From positions 31,248,001-31,312,000 of the forward strand of contig OX597816.1 in the NCBI GenBank assembly GCA_951406725.2: a DNA stretch of 64,000 nt, written 5' to 3'. A program made the position numbers and the translations under genes. The notes beneath the pieces were generated by a model. It did not search any database. It saw only the letters and a list, made by a program, of their open reading frames with translations, and was not told where the DNA came from. This stretch comes from Octopus vulgaris (lineage: Eukaryota). This document shows positions 41,292 through 56,304 of the stretch, one piece after another. How positions within the stretch are numbered: position 1 is the stretch's first letter; every line of letters begins with the position of its first letter.

Positions 41292-41440
41292 CCCGCCGAG
41301 GTCGACTTTGCCTTTTATCCTTTCGGGGTCGATAAATTAAGTACCAGTTTCGCACTGGGGTCGATGTAATCGACTCAATCCCTTTGTCTGTCCTTGTTTG
41401 TCCCCTCTATGTTTAGCCCCTTGTGGGTAGCAAAGAGATA
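41292..41440 (+). mobile_element. SINE family B, 5'-truncated
   Basis: ccgccgaggtcgactttgccttttatcctttcggggtcgataaattaagtaccag...gtttagccccttgtgggtag. Confidence 0.9.
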
Positions 41441-42975
41441 GATATTTACAAATGTATGAGACCTTGCAGAAATCCCCCTGCTCTTCTGGAAACAGGTTGT
41501 TTTCTTCCAGATCGTGCTCGATCTCTGCTATATTATTACAGTAATGGCTTTGTAAATTGTAGGGGGACAATTTATTGGCCTTTAATTTCGTGGGTTTGCC
41601 GTTTCAGTTGATTTGGAAATAAGGATAGTTTTCCTTTCCGTGAGACATTCAGATATTGTCTCTGGCTCTGCTAGTATGTCATTAAATGTTTCAGCCAACT
41701 ATTTGTGTGTTCCTGTCAGACATTCCAAACAGAAATTGGGGATCTTATCATGCCCAGGTGCCTTCCAGTTGCTCAGTTTTTGCAGTGCGTGTGTGACCTC
41801 TTCAGTTGTTATAGGTGCTCAAACTTGTTCAGGTGCTACTTTCGTTGATTTGAGGTCGTTTCTTCGCCGAATATATTTCTTTCCACATTTCTTCCACTTC
41901 TACCGTTGGTGCTGCATTCATGTCTATTTTATTTTTGCTGCCATGTTCTTGGTATAATTTGGGGTGGTAGTGTAGGTGAACTGTTTGTTTTGTAGAGAGA
42001 AACGGTGTTTCTCATACAGGCGGATCCTTTGTACTTTGGCAAGGATATCTTGTTTTAGCTGTTCTTTTACCTCAGATAACCATTTTTTTGTAACGTATTT
42101 GCACATTATTTTTCGTCACTTTTTGTTGCTTAGTATTGTTGATTGTCTACTAGTTTCGTTAAGAAGTGAAAGATCTTTTCTCTTGTTTTCTATATTTCCT
42201 GGATATTATTTATCCACAGTGTTTCTTTGGGTAGTGGTACTCCTGTTTGGATGGTTTTGAGGGAGTAACCAGCTTCTTTTGTGGCCACAGTGGCTGCTTC
42301 ATAGATTACGTTATTTAGCTCTGTGATATTGACATTTGTTTCCGTGGCTATTAGTTCTGTGACGGCCAGGTCCATGATATTTTTTAACGATGTTGCTTTA
42401 TTATCTATTTTAATTTCTGGGAGGTACAATCGGTGGTCCATTCTGAGATCTGTGCTTTTCAGTTCTTTGTTTATACTCATTTTTAGAGTATCATAATCAT
42501 TAGATTCCCCTTCACTGTTTCCAGATTCAAGATTTGTTTCGCTTTACTTCCCGTTCATATGTTTGTCTCTATTGTTCTGTTTGGGTGCTGTTTGCATATC
42601 ATTATACATCCCTACGTTCTGGGTTTGTTGTCTATTCTAGTTAACTTCACTTTTCCTCATGTTTTACTGTCTCAGTGCTTATATTTTTTGGCAGAGCTGT
42701 GCGGCTACTATCTACCTTTTCCTGATGTATTTTTTCTTTTAAATATTCCATTTCTATTTCTGATAATTTTTTTTTGTTTTGACTATATATATCTTCGAAT
42801 ATTAGCTAGTTTATTAGGCAGTATTGACGTGTCCAAGTCTTTTGGTTATTTTTCTTCCAGCTTTAGTACGTCTATTTTGTGGTGTTTTCGTTCTTTGGGT
42901 AGAGCACTACTGTAAAATAAGTGTGTAGGATTGAGATATATTCCTCACGTGTCCATTTATGACTTTTGGAGATGA
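41441..42975 (-). mobile_element. R4/Dong element 5' part (N-terminal domain to start of RT), decayed
   Basis: HKWTREEYISILH...NKLANIRRY, NITELNNVIYEAAT, EQLKQDILAKVQRIRLYEK, NWKAPGHDKIPNF, LEENNLFPEEQ. Confidence 0.8.
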
Positions 42976-43129
42976 TATCCAGTTAAAATACATAATTTCA
43001 TTGGGAAAATAGAAATACATTTTAAAGAGTATTACTTACCCGGATAGAGATATTTTTGGCAACTTCCGATGTTTTTAAATACATTTCGGAGAAGTGTTTT
43101 ATCGCTCGAACATGTTAAACGTCTACCTG

Positions 43130-43690
43130 AGGAACCCGGTAGATGAAAATGGTGCTCAAATTAGTGGTTACCGACAGCGTAAGTTTGATCATTGGAAATA
43201 AAAAGGATTGTTACAACTCACGGAACAGAGACAATGTGATCAAGCTAGAGTAATAAGAAAAAAATAGTTGGTTCACAGAAGTAGAGTTGGAAGGTATCAA
43301 AAGACGGGTCTTGTAAAATAGCGGCAGACATGACGATGAAAATATAGTTCTTACTCATAAATGTAATCTCATAGCACAGGAAAGGAGCAGTGGTAGATTA
43401 CTTGATGAGAGACATGTAGATGATCTAAAATAAGACAATAAAACTAATGACGGCGTGACAGATGAACAAAAGGCAATCTACGACAGAATAAAGGCAAAAC
43501 TACAGGAGAACGATTGCGACATTATTTGCAACCTTAAAAAGGTTGATCAGTGGAAATTGAAACAAAAAACGAAAAATGTCAATGATATTCTGAAATGCAT
43601 CAGAACAAACAACATCACGGAAACAAATAATTTGATCAAGGCAGTGAGTATTTTTGTAGCAGAAAATGTGTTCAGAAAACTGCTATATTC
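43130..43690 (+). mobile_element. R4/Dong-like N-terminal fragment
   Basis: GYRQR..DHWK...LTEQR..DQARVIRK..WFTEVELEGIKRR; NLKKVDQWKLKQKTKNVNDILKCIRTNNITETNNLIKAVSIFVAE. Confidence 0.7.
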
Positions 43691-43835
43691 CGAATAGTTA
43701 TTATCTTTAGATTGGTATTTAGATGTTATGTATCATGGAAAGGGAACCTATGAGACCTTTGACAACAGTTTACTCCCCGGAGTTACAGAAGTAACTGGAG
43801 GAAGTATTATCGAGAACTCTGAAAAGTAAAAGAAA

Positions 43836-43897
<62 letters not shown>

Positions 43898-44055
43898 TAA
43901 TATTAATGATGATGATGTTGATGATGATGATGATAATAATAATAATAATAATAGTAATAGTAATAATAATAATGATGATGATGATGATGAAGATGATGAT
44001 AATAATAATAATAGTAATAATAATAATAATATTAATAATAATAATAGTAATAGTA

Positions 44056-44122
<67 letters not shown>

Positions 44123-44216
44123 TAATAATAATACTAATAATAATACTAATAATAATATTGTTGTTAATGGCGATGGCGATGATGATGATGACGACGACGA
44201 CGATGATGATGATAAT
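43836..44216. repeat. (AAT/GAT)n compound microsatellite
   Basis: Seen directly. Confidence 0.97.
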
Positions 44217-45277
44217 AAAATACAGCAAAAGAATATACGTAAGACAGGCAATGATCCTAGGTACGCACAAGTTCTCATTGATTATAAAGAGAAACTTAGC
44301 TGAATTCGACAATTTCCGAAAATGTTAATTAATTTGGCGATCTCAGCGCCATACCTTGCTCGGGCATACATGAGCAGACATGAAACAGGATATAAACAAC
44401 GAAACAAGGCAAGTACGCATTGAGTGAATGTATAAAATATTTAACAATAAACAAATATACGTGGACATATACATACATATATACATTTTTAAATAATGGT
44501 GTGTGATTGAAAGAATATATTACTGCCAAATCAAGCGGCGAATTACTTAATAAATGCATATTCATAGATCTACCGCTGTGTCAACATTTTAGTTCTGTAT
44601 TATGTACGGGAATTCTTTCCCTGTTGCGTTTATGGCATAGGCATATCAATGTTTTTCTTCAATTAAAAAAGGTTTGTAAACTGAGTGAACCAAATAACGC
44701 TTGTTGAGAACACGTTATCTGTTCAACTTCGTATATTATCATATTTAATATCGATTTTTCGACATCATGGACTTCTAATTGAATGATTATTAAATTAAGA
44801 ATACTTCATTAGCTGATGAATTCTTCTTCGTTGAAATGCACAGTTTTTCTTTAAATCAATAAACATTTAAGTTTTAATGACATCATATGATTTCATATCA
44901 GATATGATTCAAAATTATATGAATATCAGTGGATTGTACGGTTCAAGAAATTGAAAAATAGTCAAATTGTAAAATTGCCATTCTGTACAATGCACAGGAG
45001 ATATTCAATCACAAAAGGAGCTATCTTTCCCTAACCTAAGTGAAATTCTGATTGACTTGATTCTTGATAAAATTTTATTTGGTTTTTTTTGTTCATTATA
45101 AGGATAATTTTATAGTACTTTGAGAAGTTCGGTTGAGTAGCTGGTATGTGAAATAAAACTCTGTTATCGTACAGTTAGTAAAATTGATTCTTTCTCAACA
45201 ATCCATCCCAAACGAAAGCGTCGGTGATTGACATTATATCGAGTCAGGCATTCCGCTAACACAATTTAACAAATATT

Positions 45278-45521
45278 GGAGGCGCGTGGCTTAGTGGTTA
45301 GGGTGTTGAACTCATGATCGTAAGGTTGTGGTTCTGATTCCTGGACCGGGCGATGCATTGTGTTCTTGAGCAAAACACTTCATTTCACGTTGCTCCAGTC
45401 CACTCAGCTGGCAAAAATGAGTAATCCTGCTACGGACCGGCGTCCCGTTCTGGTGGGGAATTTCTAAACCACTGAAACCGGGAAACCGGCCCTTATGAGC
45501 CTGGCATGGCTGGAGAAGGAA
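45278..45521 (+). mobile_element. Full-length tRNA-derived SINE family D with a ~16-bp TSD
   Basis: Box A tggcttagtggttag, box B ggttctgattcc, CORE-like cttgagcaaaacactt; TSD acaatttaacaaatat on both flanks. Confidence 0.9.
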
Positions 45522-46214
45522 CAATTTAACAAATATATTGCATCTGGCCTTCTATAGCATAATCCATTTTTATTGTGCTCTCGTTGTAAAGGGAAATAGA
45601 GCCGCGTGTTGTAAGATGACCCTATTAACAACGCGATTATGACTAAAGATCGTAGGCCATATTAATTTCATAAATGTATGCAAAAATCATGTAATATGAT
45701 ATTTATTTGATCCGCATTTACTATGGTAAAATTCTCTCTTTTCTCGCATGAAAACACTTAACTATTTGTACTAATCACTACTTACTGCTATATTGTTCCA
45801 TGGTAGACAATCTAAGGTGCCGTCTGTCATTTCCAGGATTTTGTGTATTCAGACTATGCATACTGTTAATAATAAACCATTATTAATTACCCAATCTTCA
45901 TTTTTTTTTCTTCATTTACATGAATATATAAATATTATTTTAATGAAATTCATTCCCCCCAAATACTGTATATTGAATTAGTATTTCCTTAGATTAAATC
46001 ATCTCTTAATGATGCCTTACATCATGACACTGTGATACATGATCCCTATTTATCGTTTTTGTTTCTTCTTTGCCTTTTACGATCCCTTTTGATAGAAAAC
46101 CTACCCCGCCTTTTCTTTTTCTTTTTTTTTCCTCAAAAACAAAAGCTCTACTTTGTAATCTGCCCCGTCTGTGTGCAGCCCTGTGTGGCTAATAAAGAAA
46201 CATATATATATTTA

Positions 46215-46520
46215 TTCTCTTTATTCCTTTAATTCTTCCAGTTATTTGACTGCAACCATGCTGGAGCACCACCTTTACTTGACCAAATCGACACCGGGAT
46301 CTATTCTTTGTAAGCCTAGTTCTCATGTTATCATTATATTTTGCCGAACCGTTACGTTACGGGGATGTAAACACTACAACAGCTATTGTCAAGTGATGTT
46401 GGGAGAGACAAACACAGAGACACAAACACATACTCACACACACGCACACACACACAAATATACACGACAGTCTTCTAGTTTCTATCTACCAATTCATTTA
46501 CAAGAATTTGGTCGGGACCC
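46215..46520 (-). mobile_element. SINE family A copy lacking the head
   Basis: gactgcaaccatgctggagcacc...ttttgccgaaccg...tgtcaagtgatgttggg. Confidence 0.8.
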
Positions 46521-46527
46521 ATGCATA

Positions 46528-46699
46528 AGCGCAGGAGTGTCTGTGCGGTAAGTAGCTTGCTTACCAACCACAAGCTTCTGGGATTAGTCCATCGCCTGGC
46601 ACCTTGGCCAAGTGTTATTACTCTAGACTCGGGGCTACCAAAGCCTTGTTAGTGGATTTGGTAAACAGAAACTGAAAGTGTCCCGTCCTATATATGTAC

Positions 46700-46742
<43 letters not shown>

Positions 46743-46910
46743 CGTGTGTGTTTGTGTGTGTGTGTGTGTGCATGTTTGTGTGTCTGTACATGCTCTCCAC
46801 CTTCGCTTGACAGCCGATGCTGGTGCGTTTACGCACCCGTAACTTAGCGGGTCGGTAAAAGTAACCGATGGAATATGTACTAGGCTTACAAAGATACGTC
46901 CTGGTATTGA
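46528..46910 (+). mobile_element. SINE family A, near full length
   Basis: gcgcaggagtgtctgtgcggtaagtagcttgcttaccaaccac...aacttagcgggtcggtaaaag. Confidence 0.88.
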
Positions 46911-47164
46911 AGAGTATATATATGTTAAGAAACAAACTAAGGAAATGTGATACTTCAAAGGAATGTGTTAAACTTCTTATTCACTGGTAATTCAGTTGAA
47001 TAATATATACATATGAGTATTATGCAATTACAAAGATAAATGAAAGAGAGGCATACTATTGATAATCCAATAATTAATTTATATTATATTACATGATATA
47101 TTACATGATATACTATGAATATAATTTAACATAATATTATATAACGTAAATAATTATTTTGAAA

Positions 47165-47256
47165 ATGACAACAAATTGTTTCGACTTATATAGATTTTCT
47201 GGTATATATATACACAATAACAGTTCCTCTCTATATATAAATCACTTCAGGTTCAT
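47165..47256 (-). ncRNA. Degenerate hammerhead-like motif with a long stem II
   Basis: Minus strand: atgaac-CTGAAGT-gatttatata...tatataagtc-GAAAC-aattt-GTT-gtcat. Confidence 0.4.
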
Positions 47257-47299
47257 AGTTTAAATATAGACGAAATTCGATATCTTCTTCGTAACGTCT

Positions 47300-47425
47300 A
47301 GGTTACGGGGACGTAAACACACCCTCATCGGTTTCTAAGCGGGGGTGAACAAAGGCAAAAAAATATGCACACATGAATATATATATACACACACGCACAT
47401 ATATATATATATATGTATATATATA

Positions 47426-47464
<39 letters not shown>

Positions 47465-47827
47465 ATATATATACATATATGTACATATATATATGCATAT
47501 GCATACACACATATATATATATACACATATATACATATACATACATATATATGCATACATATATATACTTAAATATACATATATATATATATATACTTAC
47601 ATATACATATGTACACACATATATACTTACATAGTTACATACACACACACATATTCGTATATAGATATATGTGTGTATATATATATATACATATATATAT
47701 ATATACATACATAGTGTATAAGTTTGAAATTTATTTAGCCCATGAGTCACCATGTAAACTTTGAATGAAATCGTTCGGGTCGTTCTCGTGGTTTAGTGAT
47801 GCAGACATACAAACACACAGACATTCT

Positions 47828-47900
<73 letters not shown>
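47300..47900. repeat. SINE A fragment (47300-47370) followed by a long TA/CA-rich compound microsatellite
   Basis: Seen directly. Confidence 0.9.
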
Positions 47901-48223
<323 letters not shown>

Positions 48224-48674
48224 CAGTCGTATACTGTCAACTTAACGTGACAGTCCCAAGAGAGGGAATCACACTACCACTATTTAGCCCTCATGTTTAC
48301 AAAGAGGGAAACGTTTATTAATCAATGAATATATGTTTCATATTTTGGACGAGTAATCTGCAAAGCATCAGTAAAATGTTGATATTTATCACATGAAAAC
48401 TAAACTAGGCATCGGTAGCTATTTTCGCGCTTTGGCCAAAATATACTTTCATTCCTTTCATTAATGCATTTGTTTCTAATTTACTAGTAAGAACTCCATT
48501 AACATATATCTAGATAGCAAATGGAGCTTAAAAGAATGTACTACCTATATTCCCACCAAATATTCTTATGTTTTGCAACGGATTAATTTCTTCATCTCGT
48601 TAGGTATATTATTATGCATATACATATACCTATACGTGCGTTCAGTTGTCCCTGTATGTGTGCGTGTATGGATT

Positions 48675-48747
<73 letters not shown>

Positions 48748-48860
48748 CCATTTATGAATGTATGCATATATATGTGTGCGCGGGGGTGTGTGTGGCTGGG
48801 TCTACATATGGATATATTTATGTGTGCTTGTATAGATATATATACATGTGTGTGTATATA

Positions 48861-48892
<32 letters not shown>

Positions 48893-49909
48893 ATGTATAT
48901 ATAATAGAGATGTGTGTGTATTCGCTTTTCACACGAAAACAGCTTCACCGATTGCTTCCATACTTCTAGAGATGTGTTAGGCTCTTCAGTTTTTTATTAA
49001 AAATCTTTAAAAAATATTGCTGTATACTTATGATTCACTTCTTTAAGAACATTTCTCAGGATCATATTCCGGTATTGACATAAAAACGGTGAAGTCCCTT
49101 TCTCTCAATGTTCGCTGCTTGTAAACAACTATCATAAATTACTGAAAGAAATATTTACATATTTCGCAAATTCAAATGTTCGGGAGAAGATTGTTTTTAA
49201 CGTGCTTTTATTTATACACTTTCTTCTTTCCATGTTTATATCATTCACTGTTTGCACTGCTCTCTCCCACGTTCTCTCTGTCTCTCTCGCTCACACACAC
49301 ACACACAAACACACACAAACACACACAAACACACACACACAAATACACACACACAAACACACACACACAAACACACACACTCACTCACTCACTCACTCAC
49401 ACTTTAGGTTTGATTTCGTACTGAAGTCGATAATTTCCGTAAAAAAATGTATTCATTTTCTTTTTGCACGCCGTCTTCAGCTCTATGTACTTGTAGTCAG
49501 TCACTCACACACTCGTGTGATTTTACATGCTCATTTGTGTGTGTGTTTGTGTGTGTTCGTGTGTGTGTGTGTCAGTGAGTGAAGGGGTGTTTTGTCATGT
49601 ATACGAACATACATAAATACATAGGCATATATTTTTTGTATGTATTTTCGCGTGAGAGAGAGCGATGTCTAAATGTCTCTCTCTCTCTCTTTCTCTCTCT
49701 CTCGGACACACGCTCATACACACACACGAACATGTAAGAAAGAGGTATGCCTATTTGTTTATGTATCTACGTATACATGACTACATACCTTTTACTCATT
49801 CTCTCTCTCCTTTACTCTATCTCTCTCACTCACACATGTCTATTTCATCTGATGTTTAATAGTGTATGTGTATGTATATATGTGGGCGTGCGTGCCTGCG
49901 GGGTTCCAC

Positions 49910-51030
49910 AATCGCGAGAAGAAAACATACGAATTTTCTTTGTTGACGCACCTGGTGGCGCAGCTAAAACAAATGTAACATTGCATCTCTTCAAATTGAG
50001 ATAACAAAAAAGAGTTGCAGTTGCTGTACCATTCCAGTCAAATTTGTAAAATAAGCAAAGATTCAGTTTCAGTAGAAATGTTGTGTCAACGGCCCCTTAT
50101 CATTTGGGATGAATGTAACATGTCACATTGAGATGCACTGGGAGCTCTTAGTAAGACCTTACAGGACATCAGAGCAACAATAAATATATGGGAAAAGTTT
50201 TATTAGTTTTATCAGGAGACTTCAGACAGAAATTACCAGTCATTCTAAGATGAAATAAAAGCATGCATTAAGTCTTCACACCTATTGAATAGAGTACTGA
50301 AAAAATCTCCTTCAATACTAAGGTGCAAGCTTTATTACATGGGGACCAACGTGCAAAAGAGTTTTGACCCTGGATCCTCCAATTAGGAAACGGGAAAGTA
50401 CCAATTTATGGGAATGGTGATTTCAGTTTGACTCATATTGCTATCATGGGGAATTCCACAGCAGAATTGAAGGACGCTATTTCCAGACTGAAGCAATAAT
50501 TATAATTAACGTAAATGGTTGTATGAAAGGGCAAATCTTGCTCGAAAAAAATGAGTCAGTAGCAAGGATTAGCCATGAATTAATGAATAAGATTCTAACA
50601 GTCATTAAGAAGTACAACTCAGTTATTCAGTACTTGAGGAAAATCCAGCTGTCCATTACACAACAGATATCTTAAATTCTCTTGAGCAACCTGGAATTCC
50701 TCCACAAAATTTTCTGAAGGTAGGAGTACCAATAAGGTTTCAAAGAAATTGTAGATACTCCTAAATTATGCAATGGGTCAAGTTTCATTTTGAAGTCGTT
50801 ATCACCTATATGACATATAGTACCATTTTCATTGGATGTGCCTCTGGGGAAGAAGTCGTCATCCCAAGAATTCCAATCAACACAACAGGAATACCATTTG
50901 AGTTATAATTTGCTTTGCGATGTCTATTCATGAAGCTAAAGTCAGTCTGTGAAAAATACTGGTTTGCTTTTTTCATGGTCAACTTTATGTTGGTTGCCCC
51001 AGGGGTGTAGTGTGCAAGACATATTTGTCT
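49910..51030 (+). mobile_element. Helitron Pif1-like helicase pseudogene
   Basis: FFVDAPGGAAKT (Walker A relic), LIIWDECNMSH, LVLSGDFRQKLPVI, WILQLGNGK, LNSLEQPGIPP, PKLCNG, IPRIPI. Confidence 0.88.
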
Positions 51031-51279
51031 AAAGCCTCCAAGAAGGTAAGGAGATCGACAAACAACATACTGTCTTTACTTCAGCTAGGAAGCTATTAAG
51101 GTATCAGAAAGAAAGCCATGATAGAGATCTAGCTTGTCAAAGAACAAGGAGCAGTGCCTGTGAGGAAGGGAGATGAGTGAATCAACAGAAAGCATAGTTG
51201 GTGTAGTCATAAAAACTATCGAGATTAAATTGAAACCATATATTCAGATCTGATAAAGGAAGCCTTAAATCAATATGAT

Positions 51280-51510
51280 TTCTGACAATTGCACGTATTT
51301 AATTTGTTTCACTAAAGACGTTGTGTCTGAGAATTTTACTATATCACATTCCCGGAGCCTCATCATTTGATGATATGAGAAATATTAATGGTGTAGTTTG
51401 CCATGGTTAATAAGGGGCTGCAACGTAAATAGGTTTAGCGCATGATGACCGTGAATACTATCGGACTATGGAGTTTGCAGATAATTAGGCTACTTCTCAT
51501 CACATTCTTA
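51280..51510 (+). mobile_element. Helitron Rep-helicase linker relic
   Basis: LRILLYHIPGASSFDDMRNINGVVC...GLAHDDREY matches the conserved LRLLL..V.GPTSF.DLRT.NG...GLL.DD block. Confidence 0.75.
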
Positions 51511-51545
51511 ATTACTGCATTTTTTCTCTTCTCCAAGTTTATATA

Positions 51546-51583
<38 letters not shown>

Positions 51584-51825
51584 TTAAAAATGTGACCGCA
51601 TGTGTATCGTTGGCAATTCATTTCCTCCGTCTTCCCTTATATATACATATACATATATATTACAGAAATAAATGATACTATGTAGAATACGCACTAGTAT
51701 ATATATATAAAATTTAATGAAGTATCATTACCATTCTTAAAATTAATAAATAACAATAAAGTAGCTAGCAAGTGTAACCAATATAGGTAAAAGATACTAT
51801 AAATAAATTAGGGTACCGGAACACC

Positions 51826-51878
51826 ACTTGCAAGAAATATTGGTTTCACCTTGTGTACTTAAGGATCGTCAGTCAAGT
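51826..51878 (-). ncRNA. Degenerate hammerhead-like motif
   Basis: Minus strand: acttga-CTGACGA-tCCTT-aagtacac-AAGGt-GAAAC-caatatt...caagt; the cleavage triplet is decayed. Confidence 0.35.
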
Positions 51879-54012
51879 ATACTGTATTCATTTATTTTTC
51901 AAAATGTTCATTTCAAAACAGTATTTATATATGTATATATATATATATATGTGTGTGTGCGTGTGTGTGTGCGTGTGTGTGTGTATACATACACATATTG
52001 TATTATGTATATACATATATATATATAAAGACAAACAAGCACGCAAGTTTATATATATTAATATACACACACACGCGCAGACACATATGCACACATATGT
52101 ACATAGAAATACACACAGTGACACAGAGATAAATATATAGATAGATACTTCATTCCTTATGTGCATAAGGAATTTAACGTAAGATGCCTAAATACAAATT
52201 CTAGCAACTGTTTCTGTAATAAGAATCTTGCCGTCAGAGCTGGATGCTCACACAGCAGAAACAGCTACATCTGAGGGAAAAGATTAGGTTAAACTTCATC
52301 CTTTATTATTCATTATATTTGAAACTGCGCTCTGTTTTTTTCTTAATTGTTTACTCGAACGTATATGTAAAATGACCTTCACCTACCGGTTATTAGCATC
52401 GGTTTGCCTACACGTAAGCATAATATATGTGTGTGTGTATGCATTTGTCTGTGTATGCATTTGTGTGCGTGCGCGTATATGAGTGTGTGTGTTTGTGTGT
52501 TTGTGTGCATACATTGACTTTTTAAAAATATATGCATAAATATATACGAAGGACTTATGGAGTTCATGCTATTCACCTCTGATGTCTAGTTAATTACTAG
52601 GTGTATAAAATTTACCCTATGTGAAACATTTCTAATCTTGTACATCTTTAGGTGCTTTCCTATAATAATATCAACGAACATGTCTCTACAATGCTTTGTT
52701 TAATTAGGTACTTTTCAAGTAAAATTTTACTAACTAGACACGCATATACTCTTGTGTTTCGAAAGCGGATCTTTAAATTTGTTTTTGTATTGTTTGAATT
52801 TTTACTGTTATTTTCTTGCAATTAGTGATGAAACTAACTTTCACTTCATTAATATTCTACATCTTGAAAGCTTATCCGCTATTATAGTCTACTAAATCCA
52901 AATTCAATTACTTGAAAATGTTTACTTTCCTCATACTTGCAACAATAGTAAAGTTTGCGAGGTTGTGAAACTGCAGTCAATCAATAGCTAATTCCTATAA
53001 TTATCTGCATTTCGCAGAAACCTTCAAGGTTTCTCTTTTCAAACAAAATGTACTATTTTATTTAGAGAGTGTTTTTACTTTCATACGGAGCAAGAATTTA
53101 AGAAGCAATAAAAAGTAATATAAATATGTGAAACAAAATAACTCACTAGTACAGAATATATATGGACTCGACTATTTGTTGAAATACTATTTTATGTTTT
53201 GCACCGTAATATACTGTTTGCTCAATCATTCATTGAACACGTTTCTCTCTATGCGTTTCATCTATTTCTATTTCCCTTCTACATATACACACAAACACAC
53301 ATACACACATCTCATGCCATGTATGTTGAGTTTAATGAACCAATTATTGTGTACTGCAGAGATGCAATAAAGAGGAATCTTGTAAATGATCGGGAGTTTA
53401 CAACTATGATATTCAATACATTTTCCACTGAGAGATAACTGGGAAGAAAGTATACCACTAACAACACAGAATCATTCTATTTAGTTGGGGTTTTCGTTTT
53501 TTTATTTTATGTTATATTTTTTAACAGCCTGTATCATACATTCAATCTTTTCATCGTTGTTTTTTCTTTAGCTCATTTTTAGTGGTAGCTGTAAAACTTG
53601 TATATTGATCCGAGTTAAAATAAGTTAAATTGTAAGAGAAAGTCGAAATAAAAAGTAAACCATTAAAAGTGATACACTACCTCTAACATATATGTATATA
53701 AATACATGTGTGTGTTTGTGCCTGTGTGTGTCTTCGTGCGTGGGTGCGTGTGTATGTGTGTGTGTTCTAAACATTTGCGTTGACTTGCATGCACAGATGC
53801 AATCAAATAAATGAAAGCTAACTATGTTACTCCGAGTAAAAAATAATATATCAACGCGAACTTTTCATTCCACCGTTGCAATCCCCTGAATTCCATTATC
53901 TTAGATATCTACATAAATTTAAGTTGGAATAAAAATGTTAAAAGATCATTTTAGAGAATTGGCTGAATAGGATAAGTCTCCAATAGGCTGAGGAGCAGAA
54001 TCATCGGTGTAG

Positions 54013-54041
54013 TATATATATATACATATATATATATATAT

Positions 54042-54131
<90 letters not shown>
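54013..54131. repeat. (TA)n microsatellite
   Basis: Seen directly. Confidence 0.98.
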
Positions 54132-54134
<3 letters not shown>

Positions 54135-55048
54135 TTTGTGAACTTATGTACATATCATGTATAATACAACGTAAAGTTAAAAGTGAAATACATTTAAATA
54201 CTAAAATATCTAACTGCAATCATAATTAAAATGTAAATATATTATCTCTATACTACTGATAGGCTGACTAATTTTGGATCAATGTTCAGAGAATACGCAT
54301 TTCACGTTACTCTACACTCTAGAAAACTATTACCTTATTAGTTATGTTAATTTGCATATTTATGCTTTGACGACGACACCTCTACTTCACAGCGCATCAA
54401 ACTGTGATATAAACTGCAATATTTGTAATCTTAGAAAAACTTCATGTAAACTATTGATTGGAAAATGCATTCGATTGAAGCGACCAACAAAACCTAAAAC
54501 TGTTACTTAGGAGACACCCTCCATCGTTTATCACCGCAACAAAATCATTGAGAAATATTGTTTTAATTAAAACTGAACTTGCTTTTTATTTATTGCCATT
54601 TAACTCTTCAACGTTGTTTTTTTTTAATTCATTGTATCATCAAGACTAATATAATTTTTTGTCGACTCACGGAATAATGCTAAATAAATTTTTTATGACG
54701 CCCTATCATTTCAAGAATGCTACATTGTATATTCCCTTCCAGGGAGTCCAATGCGTGAAGAATGTTGGGGTTAGAATTATAGTGATGTTTTATATAATAT
54801 TTGTTGTCCCTGTTAAGCATTACCGTTGAGAAAATAACTGCAAAATAGAGAAATTTTTCAACCGGTGAATTTATGTTTCTAAATTGGTATTATATGATTA
54901 TTTTGATTAAGTATTTTCCGTATATTCCTAAAGGTTTTCAAAATTCAATGTTATTTAAAAACAATTCTACGTTAAGTGGATCTATAAAAATGGATATATT
55001 GTAGTAATAGACGCACATCGGGAAGTATATAGTATTAATAGGAACTCT

Positions 55049-55092
<44 letters not shown>

Positions 55093-56304
55093 GATAATGT
55101 AAACCTATATGTATATGAAAATATATAAGTATGTGTATATTCCTTTATGTATATAAAAATAAATGTGTGTGTGCCAGTGTGCTTGTATTTATATGTAAAT
55201 ATGTCTGTGTTTGCCTCTGCGTTTGTGCATTTATAAATGTTTACTTAAAAGTAAGTTATCGATTCGTGTTTGAATCTGCTGCGCAAACTATCTTATCGCT
55301 ATGTGTATTGTCTGCTTCAATTCACATACAAAGACTCACATTGATGTAGGTGATTGTGTGTTAGATATGATCTGAACAGAACTGTTCATTTCAGACGAAG
55401 TCTGTAGATATATAATGATTAGGACATACAAGCACGAAATATCAAGATGGGAACAAAGCTCCTAATTTGAATCAAACAGATTGTGGCACGCTATGATTAC
55501 ATTTATAATAATATCCTCAAAACAAAATTAGATTTCATCTACAGAAATATTTATCCTTTAAAAAAAAGCGACATATCAATAAAGATCATTAATAAAATAA
55601 CCCTTAACTTTCTTATTGTTGTTCAGATATGAATCAATTAATCAATCAGCTAATCAGAGCAGTGTCAATCTATTTAAGCTTCACTGTTGTTCTCCTTTGT
55701 TGTTGTTATTTTTCGCAACTAACTCATTAGACCCTTATACATACTTCAAAAAAATATACAATCATGAAAGGAAACTAGGGATACAGAAGGGAAGAAAGCA
55801 ACATACACGCAGACATCCATAGATACACGCAAATATTTTAATATTCGAAAATCGGTTGAGATTCTATACACACGCGCGCGTACAAATATGTGTATATGTG
55901 TGTGTTCGTGTGACCATCTATATAAGGTGGTACAGTCAGAAGCTGATCGCAGGATCGATTCATTAGCCGGGTCCTTGGAAAATCTGCTTATTCTCATGAA
56001 AATGAGTATCACATGTATGTGAAAACACACACACACACGCACGCACAGACATTTGCATGTTTCTGTATACTAAATTTCGACTGAAATGATATGTTAAATA
56101 TAATGCAAACGGTAATATACGAATTTATTATTATAAAAGCTCATTACGATTTAAAATACTGATTTAATACGAGCACTTAGTGACCTTTAAATTAATCTCT
56201 ACATTATTAGCAGTAAGTCAGTAATGCTCTTATTTTAGAAACAGCCATTATTTTGGAGAGTTCGTTACAGAAACATTGGACATACATATTTATTTATTAT
56301 TTCC

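Noticed and set aside
43040-43126. Minus-strand segment with AG and gtaagt borders, open in one frame
   Set aside because: It sits between two Dong relics and has no recognisable homology, so it is probably chance
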